In this document: positions 45,565-56,095 of the stretch, piece after piece
How the letters are laid out: each line of letters begins with the position of its first letter
Position numbering within the stretch: the stretch's first letter is position 1
Assembly (NCBI GenBank): GCA_963678065.2
Contig: CAXXVZ010000005.1
Coordinates: forward strand, 928,001-992,000
DNA: 64,000 nucleotides
From: Treponemataceae bacterium
Lineage (GTDB): Bacteria; Spirochaetota; Spirochaetia; Treponematales; Rectinemataceae
Reading direction: 5' to 3'
Position numbers and translations under genes: made by a program
Notes under the pieces: generated by a model
Told to the model about the DNA's origin: nothing
Seen by the model: the letters and a program-made list of their open reading frames with translations, nothing else
Database searches by the model: none

Positions 45565-47331
45565 TCAGCTCTCCGACAGGATTGTCTGGAGGCCGAACTG
45601 GGCCTCGTAGAGCGCCGCATAGCGTCCTTTTTTTGCCAGCAGCTCTTCGTGCGTGCCTTTTTCCCGGATGCCTTCATCGTCGATAAAGATGATCTCGTCC
45701 GCATTTTTTATGGTCGAGAGGCGGTGGGCGATCACGAGGCTCGTGCGGCCGCGCGCGAGTTCTTCCAGGGATCTCTGGATGTGAAGTTCGGTGGCCGTGT
45801 CGAGGGCCGAAGTGGCCTCGTCGAGGATGAGAATGGGCGGGTTCTTGAGGAATATGCGGGCGATGCTGATGCGCTGTTTCTGCCCGCCCGAGAGGAGAAC
45901 GCCCCGCTCGCCGACATTGGTGTCGTAGCCGGCTGGCAAGGATGTTATGAATGTGTGGATGTTGGCGCGCTGCGCCGCGGCGACGATCTGGGCGTCGCTC
46001 GCGTCGAGCTTGCCGTAGCGGATGTTCTCGCGGATCGTGTCGGCGAAGAGGAAGACGTCCTGCTGCACGATTCCGATATGCTCGCGCAGGGAGGCGAGGC
46101 GGATGTCCCTGATATCCCTGCCGTCGATCAGAATTGCGCCTTCTTCTATTTCGTAGAAGCGCGGGATGAGCCTGCAGAGCGTGGTTTTCCCTCCGCCCGA
46201 GGGGCCGACGAGGGCCACCGTGCGCCCGGCGCCGATCTTCAGGTCGACATGGCCGAGGACGCTCACGCCATTTTCGTAGGAGAATGAGACATCGCGCAGG
46301 ATGATCTCGCCTGCGACTTTGTCGAGCTCCACCGCGTCCACTCTGTCCCTGATCTCGGGCTCCACCCGCATGAGTTCCACGAAGCGCTCGAAGCCGGCCA
46401 TGCCCGTCGTGTACTGCTCGAAGAACGAGACCAGCTTCTTGATGGGCTGCAGGAAGGTGTTGACGTAGAGAGTGAAGGCGATGAGGTCGCCGTAGTCCAT
46501 GGAGCCCAGCATGACGAAGCAGCCGCCCGCGCCGATGACGAGGACATTGAGAATGCTCGTCGCGAATTCCATGCCGCCGTGGAAGACGCCCATGGCCTTG
46601 TAGAAAAGCCCCCTGGCCTCGCGGTAGAGCTTGTTCCCGTCCAGGAATTTCTGGATCTCGTAGTCTTCGTTCGCGAAGGCTCTCGTCACCCTGATGCCCG
46701 AAATGCTGCTCTCGAGATTGGCGTTTATTCCCGCCGTCTTTTTCTTGACCTCGATCGAGGCATCCGAGAGGATCAGGCGGCGCCGGGCGGTAAAGACGAT
46801 AATTATGGGGATGACGAGGACGAGTATCAGGGCGAGCTGCCAGCATATGAAGGTCATGGCGATGAAAGAGCCCGTCAGCGTGATAAAGGAGATGAAGAGA
46901 TCCTCGGGGCCATGGTGGGCGAGTTCGACGATTTCGAAGAGATCGCTCACGACGCGGGACATGAGATGGCCCGTCCTCGTCCGGTCGTAGAAGCGGAAAG
47001 AGAGCTTCTGCAGGTGGGCGAAGAGGTCGCGGCGAATGTCCGTCTCCATCCGGACACCGAGAAGATGTCCCCAATAGGTTACGACATACTGGAGAATGGC
47101 CCGGATGGCGAAGGCCAGCAGGGACAGGACGATCACCGTGATGAATGCGGCCCAGGCTTTGTTCGGTATCAGTTGCTGGAGGGAGTAGCGCGAGACCATG
47201 GGGAAGGAGAGATCGATGAGGGCGATTCCCAGGGCGCAGGAGAGATCGAGGAAAAAGAGTTTGCGGTGAGGTTTATAATATCCGATGAAGATCGAAAGCT
47301 TACTTTTGTCCGGGAATGCGCTTGAGTCCAT
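45565..47331 (-). CDS. ABC exporter, fused TMD-NBD
   Basis: ELAHHGPED, GPSGGGKTT, LSGGQKQRI, DEATSALD, IAHRL. Confidence 0.93.
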   Translation of the reverse strand: MDSSAFPDKSKLSIFIGYYKPHRKLFFLDLSCALGIALIDLSFPMVSRYSLQQLIPNKAWAAFITVIVLSLLAFAIRAILQYVVTYWGHLLGVRMETDIRRDLFAHLQKLSFRFYDRTRTGHLMSRVVSDLFEIVELAHHGPEDLFISFITLTGSFIAMTFICWQLALILVLVIPIIIVFTARRRLILSDASIEVKKKTAGINANLESSISGIRVTRAFANEDYEIQKFLDGNKLYREARGLFYKAMGVFHGGMEFATSILNVLVIGAGGCFVMLGSMDYGDLIAFTLYVNTFLQPIKKLVSFFEQYTTGMAGFERFVELMRVEPEIRDRVDAVELDKVAGEIILRDVSFSYENGVSVLGHVDLKIGAGRTVALVGPSGGGKTTLCRLIPRFYEIEEGAILIDGRDIRDIRLASLREHIGIVQQDVFLFADTIRENIRYGKLDASDAQIVAAAQRANIHTFITSLPAGYDTNVGERGVLLSGGQKQRISIARIFLKNPPILILDEATSALDTATELHIQRSLEELARGRTSLVIAHRLSTIKNADEIIFIDDEGIREKGTHEELLAKKGRYAALYEAQFGLQTILSES

Positions 47332-47522
47332 GCTGGATACCTTGGCCTTTCCTGTCAGCCGGGATTCCCCACATGGCTCGCCATTCCTGTAAATCCCGCG
47401 AATCTCTTTAAATCTTGCTCTGATTTTACTTCGTACGGGAATCATGTCAAGGCACACGCAGGCGAAGCGATCGGATCCGTTATTTGGGGCCATAATTCCG
47501 TCAAAGACGCTGATTCCACGAA

Positions 47523-47539
47523 TTGATTATGTCGATCAA
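47523..47539. promoter_or_regulatory. Putative DeoR operator
   Basis: TTGAT-N7-ATCAA upstream of deoR; similar sites at 48622 and 51921. Confidence 0.55.
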
Positions 47540-47618
47540 TATGAATGGTAAATTTGCTTCACTTTTGACTACTACGCTCATTGCAGTTGACGTATGGAAC
47601 GGAATGATGTATGAATAG

Positions 47619-48401
47619 ATGGTGAAACTTACCAAAGAGACCAGGCAGATCGTTCTGAATTCGCTGGAAGAACACACCAAACTCAATGTTATCGAAGTAT
47701 CGAAGCTGATCGATGTCTCGGAAGCCACGACTCGACGGCTTTTTGTGCAGCTGGAAAAAGAAGGGCTCGTAATCAGGACTTTCGGCGGAATCCAGCTTCG
47801 TCGATCGAGCGGCGCGAGCTATTCCTTCAACCTGTCTTCTTCCCTGCATACACGCGAGAAAATAGCTATCGGCAATCGCGCCATCCTGGAGGTTTCGGCC
47901 GGAGATCAGATTTTTCTCGATTCCGGGACGACGGTTCTGGCGATGGCGCAGTGTCTTGCGCGACGGATGGAATCGGAACGAATTGAAGATGTGCGAATAT
48001 TGACAAATTCGCTCATTCTGACCGACCTGCTGACGCCGTACTGCAAAGTGGTTCTGATCGGTGGGGAAATCCGTCCGGAGCGACGCGACACCTGCGGCTT
48101 CGTGGCCGAAGAGATGCTCAAGCGACTCCATGTAAAAAAAGCCTTTCTGGGTTGCGATGCCCTGCACTTTACCAGCGGCTTCATGACGACGGACGAACGC
48201 ACGGCGCGGATGAACGAGATCATCATCGCCAACGCATCCAAAGTCTATATACTCGCCGATTCTTCCAAAATCGGCGAAACCTCCTTTGTGAGCTACAGCA
48301 CTTTCGACCGTATTGACGCCTGTATCGTCGATTCGGCGCTGAATGCCGAACAGAGGGAGAAGCTGTCGGCCAGGGTCGGCCAGCTGATCATCGCGGACTG
48401 A
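47619..48401 (+). CDS. DeoR/GlpR-family transcriptional regulator
   Basis: VSEATTRR, IRTFGG, IFLDSGTT, LTNS, ADSSK. Confidence 0.93.
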   Translation: MVKLTKETRQIVLNSLEEHTKLNVIEVSKLIDVSEATTRRLFVQLEKEGLVIRTFGGIQLRRSSGASYSFNLSSSLHTREKIAIGNRAILEVSAGDQIFLDSGTTVLAMAQCLARRMESERIEDVRILTNSLILTDLLTPYCKVVLIGGEIRPERRDTCGFVAEEMLKRLHVKKAFLGCDALHFTSGFMTTDERTARMNEIIIANASKVYILADSSKIGETSFVSYSTFDRIDACIVDSALNAEQREKLSARVGQLIIAD

Positions 48402-48621
48402 AAAACCCGATTGGGCCCTGCGCTTTTCGATACTCCTTGCGCTGGAATGGCGAATCCCGACCACAGCGAAAATCTCCGGGTCCAACAGAAGGGTCGCCCG
48501 CAAACTGCGGGTCCGAAATTCGTCGATCCATAATCCAGCCCCGATGGTACAAGCACACGTTTTTATCATGCAATATTTAATTACCTCGCTGTGCTGCTGC
48601 TTGGTGTTTATGATAGAGAAA

Positions 48622-48693
48622 TTGATTGGAAAGATCACAATTTTGATTAAAAATAAAATAAAGTTGACAGATTGTATCTTTCGGGTTTAGCAT
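48622..48693 (+). promoter_or_regulatory. Putative DeoR operator and promoter of the ABC operon
   Basis: TTGAT-N7-ATCAC (48622-48638); TTGACA(48664)-18bp-TAGCAT. Confidence 0.55.
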
Positions 48694-48726
48694 TGTTCCA
48701 TCTCATTTGACGATGGAGGAGATCGC

Positions 48727-49989
48727 ATGAAAAAAACCTGTTTCACACTTATGCTGATTCTCATGGTCGGCGTTTCATTGTGGGCGGCTCCGAAAGTGAC
48801 ATTGCGCATCATGTCGCCTGCCAGTGATTTTACCGATGAGTGGATCAAGTCCTGGAATACGGCCAATCCGGATATCCAGCTGATACGGGAAGAAGTGGAC
48901 CAGACCAAATGGATAGCCGATTATCTGGCGGGATCTCCGGCGGATATCATCAATCTCGGCAGCGGCGCCGATATCCCCTATTTCGCGAAGCGCGGACTGC
49001 TTCTCGATCTGACCAAGTACTTTTCGGGCAGCAAGAAAATCTCCAACGACATCGATAAAGAGGGCTCTGGTTCCTATTTCTTCGAGAAGAAATGGTATGG
49101 ACTTCCCAAAGACTACAACAATGTGACAGCCATCACCTACAACAAGGAAATATTCGACAAAGCCGGCGTTCCGTATCCGAGCGCGACCGTACCGATGACG
49201 TATACCGAATTTTTCGCCCTGGCGAAAAAACTCGCGCAGCCGGCGAAGGGCATTTTCGGGACTGAAGTCCATGGAGGCTGGCAGACCTTTATCGCGAGCG
49301 ACATGGCATACATGATCGGCAAGACCCTCCACACCAATAATCAGACCAAGATGAACGAGGATCCCGCGGTCCGCGACATCTGGAAATACTTCCTCAGACT
49401 GAGAAAGGAAGGAATCTCCAGCAATCTGACGAATACGCTGAGCGGCTGGGCGGGCAGCGCCTTCCAGGCAGGCAACATCGCCATGGTTCAGCTGGGCTAT
49501 TGGTACGGCGCATCGTGCGCCGGCGTTCCCGGCTATGTCGACAAATACGGCTGGGCTCCCGCCCCCATTATGGCCAAGGGCGGCACGAGAGTCACGGACA
49601 GTCTCGGAGCGACAGGTTTCGTAATCAGTTCCAAGACCAAGTATCCGGCAGAGGCCTTCAAGGTCTTCGAATGGTACATGGCCGACAAGCCCGGAATAGA
49701 GCGCGCATCGACGGGCTGGGGAATTCCTCCCCTCAAATCCCTTCAGGGCCTGCTCCCGGCCGCCAACAAGTTCGACAAGGGCAGAAAAGACATAGCCCTC
49801 GAGGAAGTGAAGTACATGCGGCCCCCGCAGACTTCCTGGTACACCAGGACCACCGTATATGCGAATTTCTGGGCGGAAGCCGAACGGGAATATCTGTCCG
49901 GAAAATTGACTGAAGACCAGGCGATCGACATGTACTACAAAGACATGAATGCGGCTCTGGTGCTGGGCAAGGAAGAGATCGGCGACTGA
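48727..49989 (+). CDS. Sugar ABC transporter substrate-binding protein
   Basis: Signal peptide, YGLPKD, YNKEIFDKAGVPYP, FQAGNIAM. Confidence 0.9.
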   Translation: MKKTCFTLMLILMVGVSLWAAPKVTLRIMSPASDFTDEWIKSWNTANPDIQLIREEVDQTKWIADYLAGSPADIINLGSGADIPYFAKRGLLLDLTKYFSGSKKISNDIDKEGSGSYFFEKKWYGLPKDYNNVTAITYNKEIFDKAGVPYPSATVPMTYTEFFALAKKLAQPAKGIFGTEVHGGWQTFIASDMAYMIGKTLHTNNQTKMNEDPAVRDIWKYFLRLRKEGISSNLTNTLSGWAGSAFQAGNIAMVQLGYWYGASCAGVPGYVDKYGWAPAPIMAKGGTRVTDSLGATGFVISSKTKYPAEAFKVFEWYMADKPGIERASTGWGIPPLKSLQGLLPAANKFDKGRKDIALEEVKYMRPPQTSWYTRTTVYANFWAEAEREYLSGKLTEDQAIDMYYKDMNAALVLGKEEIGD

Positions 49990-50016
49990 GCTTTCTCATG
50001 CCGGAGGAATGAACGA

Positions 50017-50042
50017 ACCCCGGAGCAGAGCAGCTCCGGGGT
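50017..50042 (+). other. Intergenic hairpin after the SBP gene
   Basis: accccggagc-agagca-gctccggggt 10-bp stem, no U-tract. Confidence 0.5.
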
Positions 50043-50086
50043 ATGGACCCGCATGCGAATCAGGGAATTCTTTAATGAGGACGTGA

Positions 50087-51025
50087 ATGATGCCAAACAA
50101 GAAAGCCGGCATGCTGGTGGAAAGGGAAAAACGAAAATCCTTCTATCTATTCATGGCATTGTGGATCGTGGGATTTTCGGTTTTCCAGGTGATACCCATA
50201 CTCTGGGGATTCAAAACAAGCCTGACCAACCAGATGGCATTTTCGGTGAAGGTAAAATATGTCGGTTTCCTGAATTATATAAAAATACTGTCCGACTCCT
50301 CCGTTTTCTACTCGATCTACACGACCTTTCTCTTTTCGTTCCTGAACACGGTCATCCAGGTTTCGCTCGGGTTCTTCCTGGCGCTGCTCGTGAACAAGAG
50401 ATCGAAAGGGCAGAGTTTCTTCAGGGTCATGTACTATCTGCCCTATGTAATACCGGTCGTCGCGACCGGATGGATCCTGCGGGTATTCTTCGACAAGAAT
50501 ATCGGAACATTCAACATTCTGCTCTCGAGCCTGCACCTGATCGATCACAATATCAGCTGGTTGGGCGATCACCCGCTGTTCACCGTCCTCACGGCAGGAT
50601 TCTGGCGCGTCGGATGGAGCCTTCTGATTTTCCTCGGGGGGCTGTCCACCATTCCGCAGGACCTATACGACGCGGCCGATGTGGATGGAGCCGGCTATTT
50701 CCGGAAAATGGGAATCATCACCCTTCCCATGCTGAGCCCCTTCATCGCGTTCCAGAGCATCGTGAGCTTCATCTATGGGATGCAGGAATTCATCCTGCCC
50801 TACATTCTGAATCCGACCGCCATACGGGGGGCCCAGGTTACGATGCAGGTTCCTCCCAAGGAAACATTTTTCATCCTCGCGAAGGGATACGACCTCATTT
50901 TCAACAAAGGAAGACTCGCCTACGGTTTCGCGGTTCTGTGGGTCACCTTCCTGATCATTTTCATAATGAGCCTGATATACGCGTACATCGAGAAAAAGAC
51001 GACGTACTCGGAGATGGACAATTAA
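50087..51025 (+). CDS. Sugar ABC transporter permease
   Basis: YVGFLNY, LYDAADVDGA, ITLPMLSP. Confidence 0.92.
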   Translation: MMPNKKAGMLVEREKRKSFYLFMALWIVGFSVFQVIPILWGFKTSLTNQMAFSVKVKYVGFLNYIKILSDSSVFYSIYTTFLFSFLNTVIQVSLGFFLALLVNKRSKGQSFFRVMYYLPYVIPVVATGWILRVFFDKNIGTFNILLSSLHLIDHNISWLGDHPLFTVLTAGFWRVGWSLLIFLGGLSTIPQDLYDAADVDGAGYFRKMGIITLPMLSPFIAFQSIVSFIYGMQEFILPYILNPTAIRGAQVTMQVPPKETFFILAKGYDLIFNKGRLAYGFAVLWVTFLIIFIMSLIYAYIEKKTTYSEMDN

Positions 51026-51865
51026 ATGCGCAACAACCCGACTTCCGCCATCCGGCGCACGCTCACATATGTCGTACTCATTTCGATCCTGATTTTGTTT
51101 TTCCTTCCGCTCCTGAGCATGCTCAGCGTATCATTCAAATCGGAAGACGAGATCTACAAGTCATCGACAGCCCTGTTTCCGAAACACCTGTCATTCGCGA
51201 ATTACGCGGACGCCCTGACAAAAATCGATCTGCTCAAATACCTGTACAATACGATCGCCGTTTCCGTCCTCTACACGGTTTCCTGCACATTCTCCAGCGC
51301 GATGGCAGGTTATGCGCTTGCGCGGTTCAACATCCGCGAAAACAAGATATTCTTCACGATCGTGCTCTCCTCCATGATGATCCCCTACATAATTACGCTC
51401 ATTCCCTTTTACCTCCTTGTCAAAAACCTGGGGCTGAACGACATGCACCTGCTCTGGTTGGTATACGGACTGGGGGGCGCTCCGTTTCTGATTTATCTGT
51501 ACCGGCAATTTTTCGCCACAATCCCGAATTCTTTCGAGGAATCGGCGCGGATGGATGGAGCGGGGAGATTGTCGATATTTTTCAAAATCATGTTCCCGCT
51601 GGTCAAATCGGGGACAATAATCACGGCGATATTCGCTTTCCAGTGGTCCTGGCAGAATTACATCATGCCGGCGCTGTTTCTGAGTTCGCTGAAAACCACA
51701 CTCGCCGTCATGATCAACACCGCTTTCGTGGACGTCCAGCAGAATATCCTTCTCGGGGAATTGATGGCCGGCGTCATGTACTACATCGCTATTCCCCTGA
51801 TCCTGTTTTTCGTATTCCAGAAATACATCATGCAAGGAATGCTCGACGGCGGAGTGAAAGGATGA
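51026..51865 (+). CDS. Sugar ABC transporter permease
   Basis: AGYALAR, FEESARMDGA, FQKYIMQG. Confidence 0.92.
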   Translation: MRNNPTSAIRRTLTYVVLISILILFFLPLLSMLSVSFKSEDEIYKSSTALFPKHLSFANYADALTKIDLLKYLYNTIAVSVLYTVSCTFSSAMAGYALARFNIRENKIFFTIVLSSMMIPYIITLIPFYLLVKNLGLNDMHLLWLVYGLGGAPFLIYLYRQFFATIPNSFEESARMDGAGRLSIFFKIMFPLVKSGTIITAIFAFQWSWQNYIMPALFLSSLKTTLAVMINTAFVDVQQNILLGELMAGVMYYIAIPLILFFVFQKYIMQGMLDGGVKG

Positions 51866-51920
51866 TCTCCGGGAGCGGGCGCGGCGGATCGCTGCGAAGT
51901 TGAAGTGAATCGACACAGTT

Positions 51921-51974
51921 TTGATTTTTTCAATCATTATTTTGCTTGACATAATCTCTCAAGATGCTTATCGT
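51921..51974 (+). promoter_or_regulatory. Putative DeoR operator and internal promoter
   Basis: TTGAT-N7-ATCAT (51921-51937); TTGACA(51946)-17bp-TATCGT. Confidence 0.55.
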
Positions 51975-52016
51975 AATCATGACCTTGACGTGAAACTGCG
52001 CGAGGAGAGGATCGAA

Positions 52017-53423
52017 ATGGATTTACGCATCGGTCTTTTGGGTCTCTATGTGAAGCTGTATGACGACAAATCGCCGGAAATACGCGCTGAAATCGAGAAT
52101 TTTTACGACACCATAGCGAACTCTTTCGAAAAGACGGGGATGAGTGTCACCAGGAACAGTCTCTGCCGGCTCAAGCCCGAATTCGATTCCGCGGTGAAAA
52201 GCTTTGAAAAAAACGAAGTCGACGCGATCGTGACCCTGCACCTCGCGTATTCGCCCTCGCTGGAATCCATCGACAGTCTCATGGAAACCGACATTCCCCT
52301 CATCGTGCTGGACACGACGCCGGATTATTCCTTCGGCCCGGACGGAAAACCATCGATGATTTCGTTCAACCACGGCATCCACGGCGTCCAGGATATGTGC
52401 AGCCTCCTCGTCCGGTATGGCAGGAAATTTTATATCGAGGCGGGGCACTGGCAGAAATCGGATGTGCTGAAACGGGTCTCAGGCAGGGTTCGGGCGATAG
52501 CCGCGGCCAAAAAATTCAGGGATTCCCGGATCGGCGTGATCGGAGAACGATTCCCCGGCATGGGCGATTTTCTCGTCGAACCCGGGAATCTGCGGACCCG
52601 ATTCGGAATCGAAACGGTCGCCTACCACTCAAGAGACGCCGTTCCCGAGGTTCCGGCAGTCCCCGGCGTCTTGGCTGCCGCTGAACCGGTCCGGAGAGAA
52701 GCGGAATATTATCGCACTTTCATGAAAACGGACCGCGTGCCCGCAGACATCATGGATGGAAATATCCGCGCCGCGCTGTCCCTGCGCGAGTGGGTGAAAC
52801 GGGAAAAACTCGACGGCTTCACCTTCAATTTTTTGTCGATATCGCGGGAATCGGCTATCGACAGGGTGCCGTTTCTTTTTGCCGCCGTCGGCATGTTCGA
52901 GGGGCTCGGCTATGCGGGCGAAGGCGATGTCCTGACGGCGGCCCTCGTCGCCGCTCTCCTGAAGCTCAACCCCGAAACCTCTTTCACCGAGATGTTCTGT
53001 CCCGACTGGGAAGGAGGAAGGATATTCCTCTCACACATGGGAGAAATCAATCCCAGGGTTTGCCCGGAAACAGCGGAGGCTGTGCATAAAGAGAACAAAT
53101 ATACGGATGCGTCTCCGACCGTGTATTCCACGGGCCAGTTCAGGAAAGGCGATGCGATCCTCGTGAATCTCGTTCCGATGAGCGAAAGCGAATTCCGGCT
53201 CATCGTATGTCCCGTCAGCGTGGAAGAGGAGCCGGATTGTGCGTTTGTCGATTCGGTTCACGGCTGGATCAGGCCGGCACTGCCAGTCGGCGATTTTCTC
53301 AGACAGTTCAGCCTTCTGGGGGGAACACATCATTCGGCCCTCGTCTACGGCGAACTCGTCGAGACGATCAGGACTTTCGGAGAAACGCTGGGCTTCGATG
53401 TCCGCGTGATCGACCGGTCATGA
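52017..53423 (+). CDS. L-arabinose/L-fucose isomerase-family protein
   Basis: HLAYSPS, NHGIHG, GYAGEGD, FTEM, SHMGE, GGTHH. Confidence 0.85.
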   Translation: MDLRIGLLGLYVKLYDDKSPEIRAEIENFYDTIANSFEKTGMSVTRNSLCRLKPEFDSAVKSFEKNEVDAIVTLHLAYSPSLESIDSLMETDIPLIVLDTTPDYSFGPDGKPSMISFNHGIHGVQDMCSLLVRYGRKFYIEAGHWQKSDVLKRVSGRVRAIAAAKKFRDSRIGVIGERFPGMGDFLVEPGNLRTRFGIETVAYHSRDAVPEVPAVPGVLAAAEPVRREAEYYRTFMKTDRVPADIMDGNIRAALSLREWVKREKLDGFTFNFLSISRESAIDRVPFLFAAVGMFEGLGYAGEGDVLTAALVAALLKLNPETSFTEMFCPDWEGGRIFLSHMGEINPRVCPETAEAVHKENKYTDASPTVYSTGQFRKGDAILVNLVPMSESEFRLIVCPVSVEEEPDCAFVDSVHGWIRPALPVGDFLRQFSLLGGTHHSALVYGELVETIRTFGETLGFDVRVIDRS

Positions 53424-53455
53424 CGGACCATTCCGGCGCGAAGGAGGCGGGAACC

Positions 53456-54526
53456 ATGAAAGAACTCTTTGTCGTCAACGAAAATGACAAGCGCATATAC
53501 CGGGAAGAACTCGAGAATTTCCTGCCCGGGGAAATCATAGACATCCATACACATGTCTGGCTGGAAAAATACACGGCGCGGAACGCGGAAACAAAAAAAA
53601 GGGCTGTCACATGGCCCTCACTGGTGGCAAAAGAGAATCCGATAGAGGATCTTCAGGAAACATACCGCCTCATGTTTCCGGGCAAAAAGGTGACGCCTCT
53701 CATATTCAGCGCCATAAAACGGAACGACGACCAGGAAGCCCTGAACGGCTACATCGCGGATTGCGGCGCGAAATACGGAGTACCGACGCTTCTCTACGCT
53801 TTCCCGGAATGGAGTGCCGAGGATCTTTTTTCGAGGATCACGCGGGGGCATCACCTGGGCGTGAAGGTGTATCTGAACCTCGCGCCCGAGTACATACCGG
53901 AAAAAGAAATACGGATATTCGATTTCATTCCGCACCACCAGCTGGAATTGCTGAATTCGAAAAAGATGATCCTCATGCTTCATATCCCGCGGGACGGACG
54001 ACTGGGAGATCCTGTCAATCTGGCGCAGATGCTGGAAATCGAAGAGCGCTATCCCGACATCAATGTCATCTACGCCCATATAGGAAGGGCTTATTGTCCC
54101 GAGGACTTCGGGAAGGCGTTCGAGCTGGCAAAAAAAACGAAAAAACTCACCTTCGATTTTTCGGCCACGACGCAGGATGAAGCCATGTACCGGGCTCTCG
54201 ACTCGGTCGGAGCGGATCGTCTCATGTTCGGTTCCGACCTTCCGATCCTCAGGATGCGCATGCGGCGCATCTGCGAGAACGGCAGGTACGTGAACATAGT
54301 GCCGAAAGGAATGTATGGCGATGTTTCCGGAGATCCGAACATGCGTGAAGCGGATGAGGAGGAAGGCGGAAAGCTGACGTTCTTCATGTACGAGGAATTG
54401 CGGGCGTTCAAGAGGGCGGCGGCGAGAGCGGGCCTTACACGCGGCGAGATCGGGCGGATCTTCTGCGGCAACGCCAAAGACATGATTCATGCGGTCAAAA
54501 TGAATCTCTACGGAGAAGCTTTCTAG
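53456..54526 (+). CDS. Amidohydrolase-superfamily protein (amidohydrolase_2-like)
   Basis: IDIHTH, LHIP, AHIGR, FGSDLP; AAGGAGG RBS. Confidence 0.85.
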   Translation: MKELFVVNENDKRIYREELENFLPGEIIDIHTHVWLEKYTARNAETKKRAVTWPSLVAKENPIEDLQETYRLMFPGKKVTPLIFSAIKRNDDQEALNGYIADCGAKYGVPTLLYAFPEWSAEDLFSRITRGHHLGVKVYLNLAPEYIPEKEIRIFDFIPHHQLELLNSKKMILMLHIPRDGRLGDPVNLAQMLEIEERYPDINVIYAHIGRAYCPEDFGKAFELAKKTKKLTFDFSATTQDEAMYRALDSVGADRLMFGSDLPILRMRMRRICENGRYVNIVPKGMYGDVSGDPNMREADEEEGGKLTFFMYEELRAFKRAAARAGLTRGEIGRIFCGNAKDMIHAVKMNLYGEAF

Positions 54527-54613
54527 TCGATGGGCCGCGATTTCCGGACGCCGGTGTCGGTATCGGAGCCGGTGTCGGGGCGCGGGTCACATCCTTCGCG
54601 CGGAGCGTACAAC

Positions 54614-56095
54614 ATGGAATACTTCATCGGGCTTGATCTCGGAAGCACGGCGATAAAGGGAGTTGTGGTTTCCGGCGAAGGGAAGGTGCTCGGGACAGCG
54701 GAAGCGAGGATACAAAAGATCGAGAGCGGCGACGAGACCGCATTCGAGATCGACCCTGAGCTCTTTATCGACGCGGTATTCGGGATCATCAGGCAACTCT
54801 CTTCAGGCAGGGAAAACATAAAGGCCATTTCCTGGGTCTCCGCGAGCGGAAACATCCTTCTGCTCGATGAGAAAAACCAACCCTGTGCGCCGATGATCAG
54901 CTGGCTGGATACGCGGCCTCTGGACGGCAGCGTCGAGGAGTCGCTGGCGGGCATTCCCGTCGAAGCGGTTTACGGGATTGTCGGATGGCCTTTTTCATGG
55001 CAGTTTCCGTTCGGACGCCTTCTGTGGCTGCGCGAGAATCGTCCGGAACTGATGCGCAGGACACTCAGAATCTGCACGAGCAACGACTATCTCGGATATC
55101 GCCTGACCGGAACCTGGGCGATAGACAATTCCACCGCGACGACACTGTACGTGTACGACCAGGTCGGAAAGCGCAAAAACGCCTCTTTCATCGGCCTCCT
55201 CGGATTGAAGCCGGAAATGTTTTCCGACCTTCGCGAGGTCGGGACTCTCCAGGGAAGGATACGTGCGGGAGCATGCAGCCGGACCGGGCTGAACGAAAAC
55301 ACACAAGTCTTTCTCGGATCCTTCGATCATCCGGGCGCAGCCAGGGCATTGAATATACACAGCCAGAGACAGCTGCTGGTGTCCTGCGGCACATCCTGGG
55401 TCGGACTGGTCACGCTTCCGGACAGAAACGCGGGCATCAGGCGGAACATGCTGCTGGATCCCTACGAATCGGGATCGGGCGGCGCATGGTGCGGAATATT
55501 CAGTCTGACAGCAATCGGAAAGACCTTCGATTCCTGGGTAGCCGAAACCTTCAGACGCTGCGGAAAATGGCCCGAGCTGTTTTCCGCAAACGGAAACGCC
55601 GACATGGCGGAACTTTTCCGGATCATGAACCACGAGGCGGGTATTGTCGATCCGCGCGACGCCATTCCGGTTCTGGATATGAGAGGAATGAAACCCGACG
55701 CGGGTAGCCTGGGAACCCTGTTGGGCCATCATTCTCCAGGCAAAATCTTCAGGGCATTGATGGAATGCACGGCATTCGAATTCAAAAAACTGCTTCATGA
55801 AAAAGAAGTGGATCTTGGCGCCATCGATGAAATATCGATGGTCGGAGGGCCGACGGAAAGCCCCGTCTGGCGTCAGATACTCGCCGACGTTCTGGCGAAG
55901 CCTGTCAGTATCCGTTTCGGCAAAACAGCGGGAGCCGTCGGAGCCGCGATCATCGCCGCGAATGGAGCGGGATTCCGTCTGGAAATGAAGGAAGCCGGCA
56001 TGAGGATCGACCCCGACAGGAACTCCGTGAGCATGCTCGAAGAACGATACGGCCGTTTCCGGGAACACAGACTGGAGGAATCATGTCAGACATAA
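54614..56095 (+). CDS. FGGY-family carbohydrate kinase
   Basis: IGLDLGSTAIKG, ISWLD, GTSW, VGGPTESPVWRQILADV. Confidence 0.9.
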   Translation: MEYFIGLDLGSTAIKGVVVSGEGKVLGTAEARIQKIESGDETAFEIDPELFIDAVFGIIRQLSSGRENIKAISWVSASGNILLLDEKNQPCAPMISWLDTRPLDGSVEESLAGIPVEAVYGIVGWPFSWQFPFGRLLWLRENRPELMRRTLRICTSNDYLGYRLTGTWAIDNSTATTLYVYDQVGKRKNASFIGLLGLKPEMFSDLREVGTLQGRIRAGACSRTGLNENTQVFLGSFDHPGAARALNIHSQRQLLVSCGTSWVGLVTLPDRNAGIRRNMLLDPYESGSGGAWCGIFSLTAIGKTFDSWVAETFRRCGKWPELFSANGNADMAELFRIMNHEAGIVDPRDAIPVLDMRGMKPDAGSLGTLLGHHSPGKIFRALMECTAFEFKKLLHEKEVDLGAIDEISMVGGPTESPVWRQILADVLAKPVSIRFGKTAGAVGAAIIAANGAGFRLEMKEAGMRIDPDRNSVSMLEERYGRFREHRLEESCQT

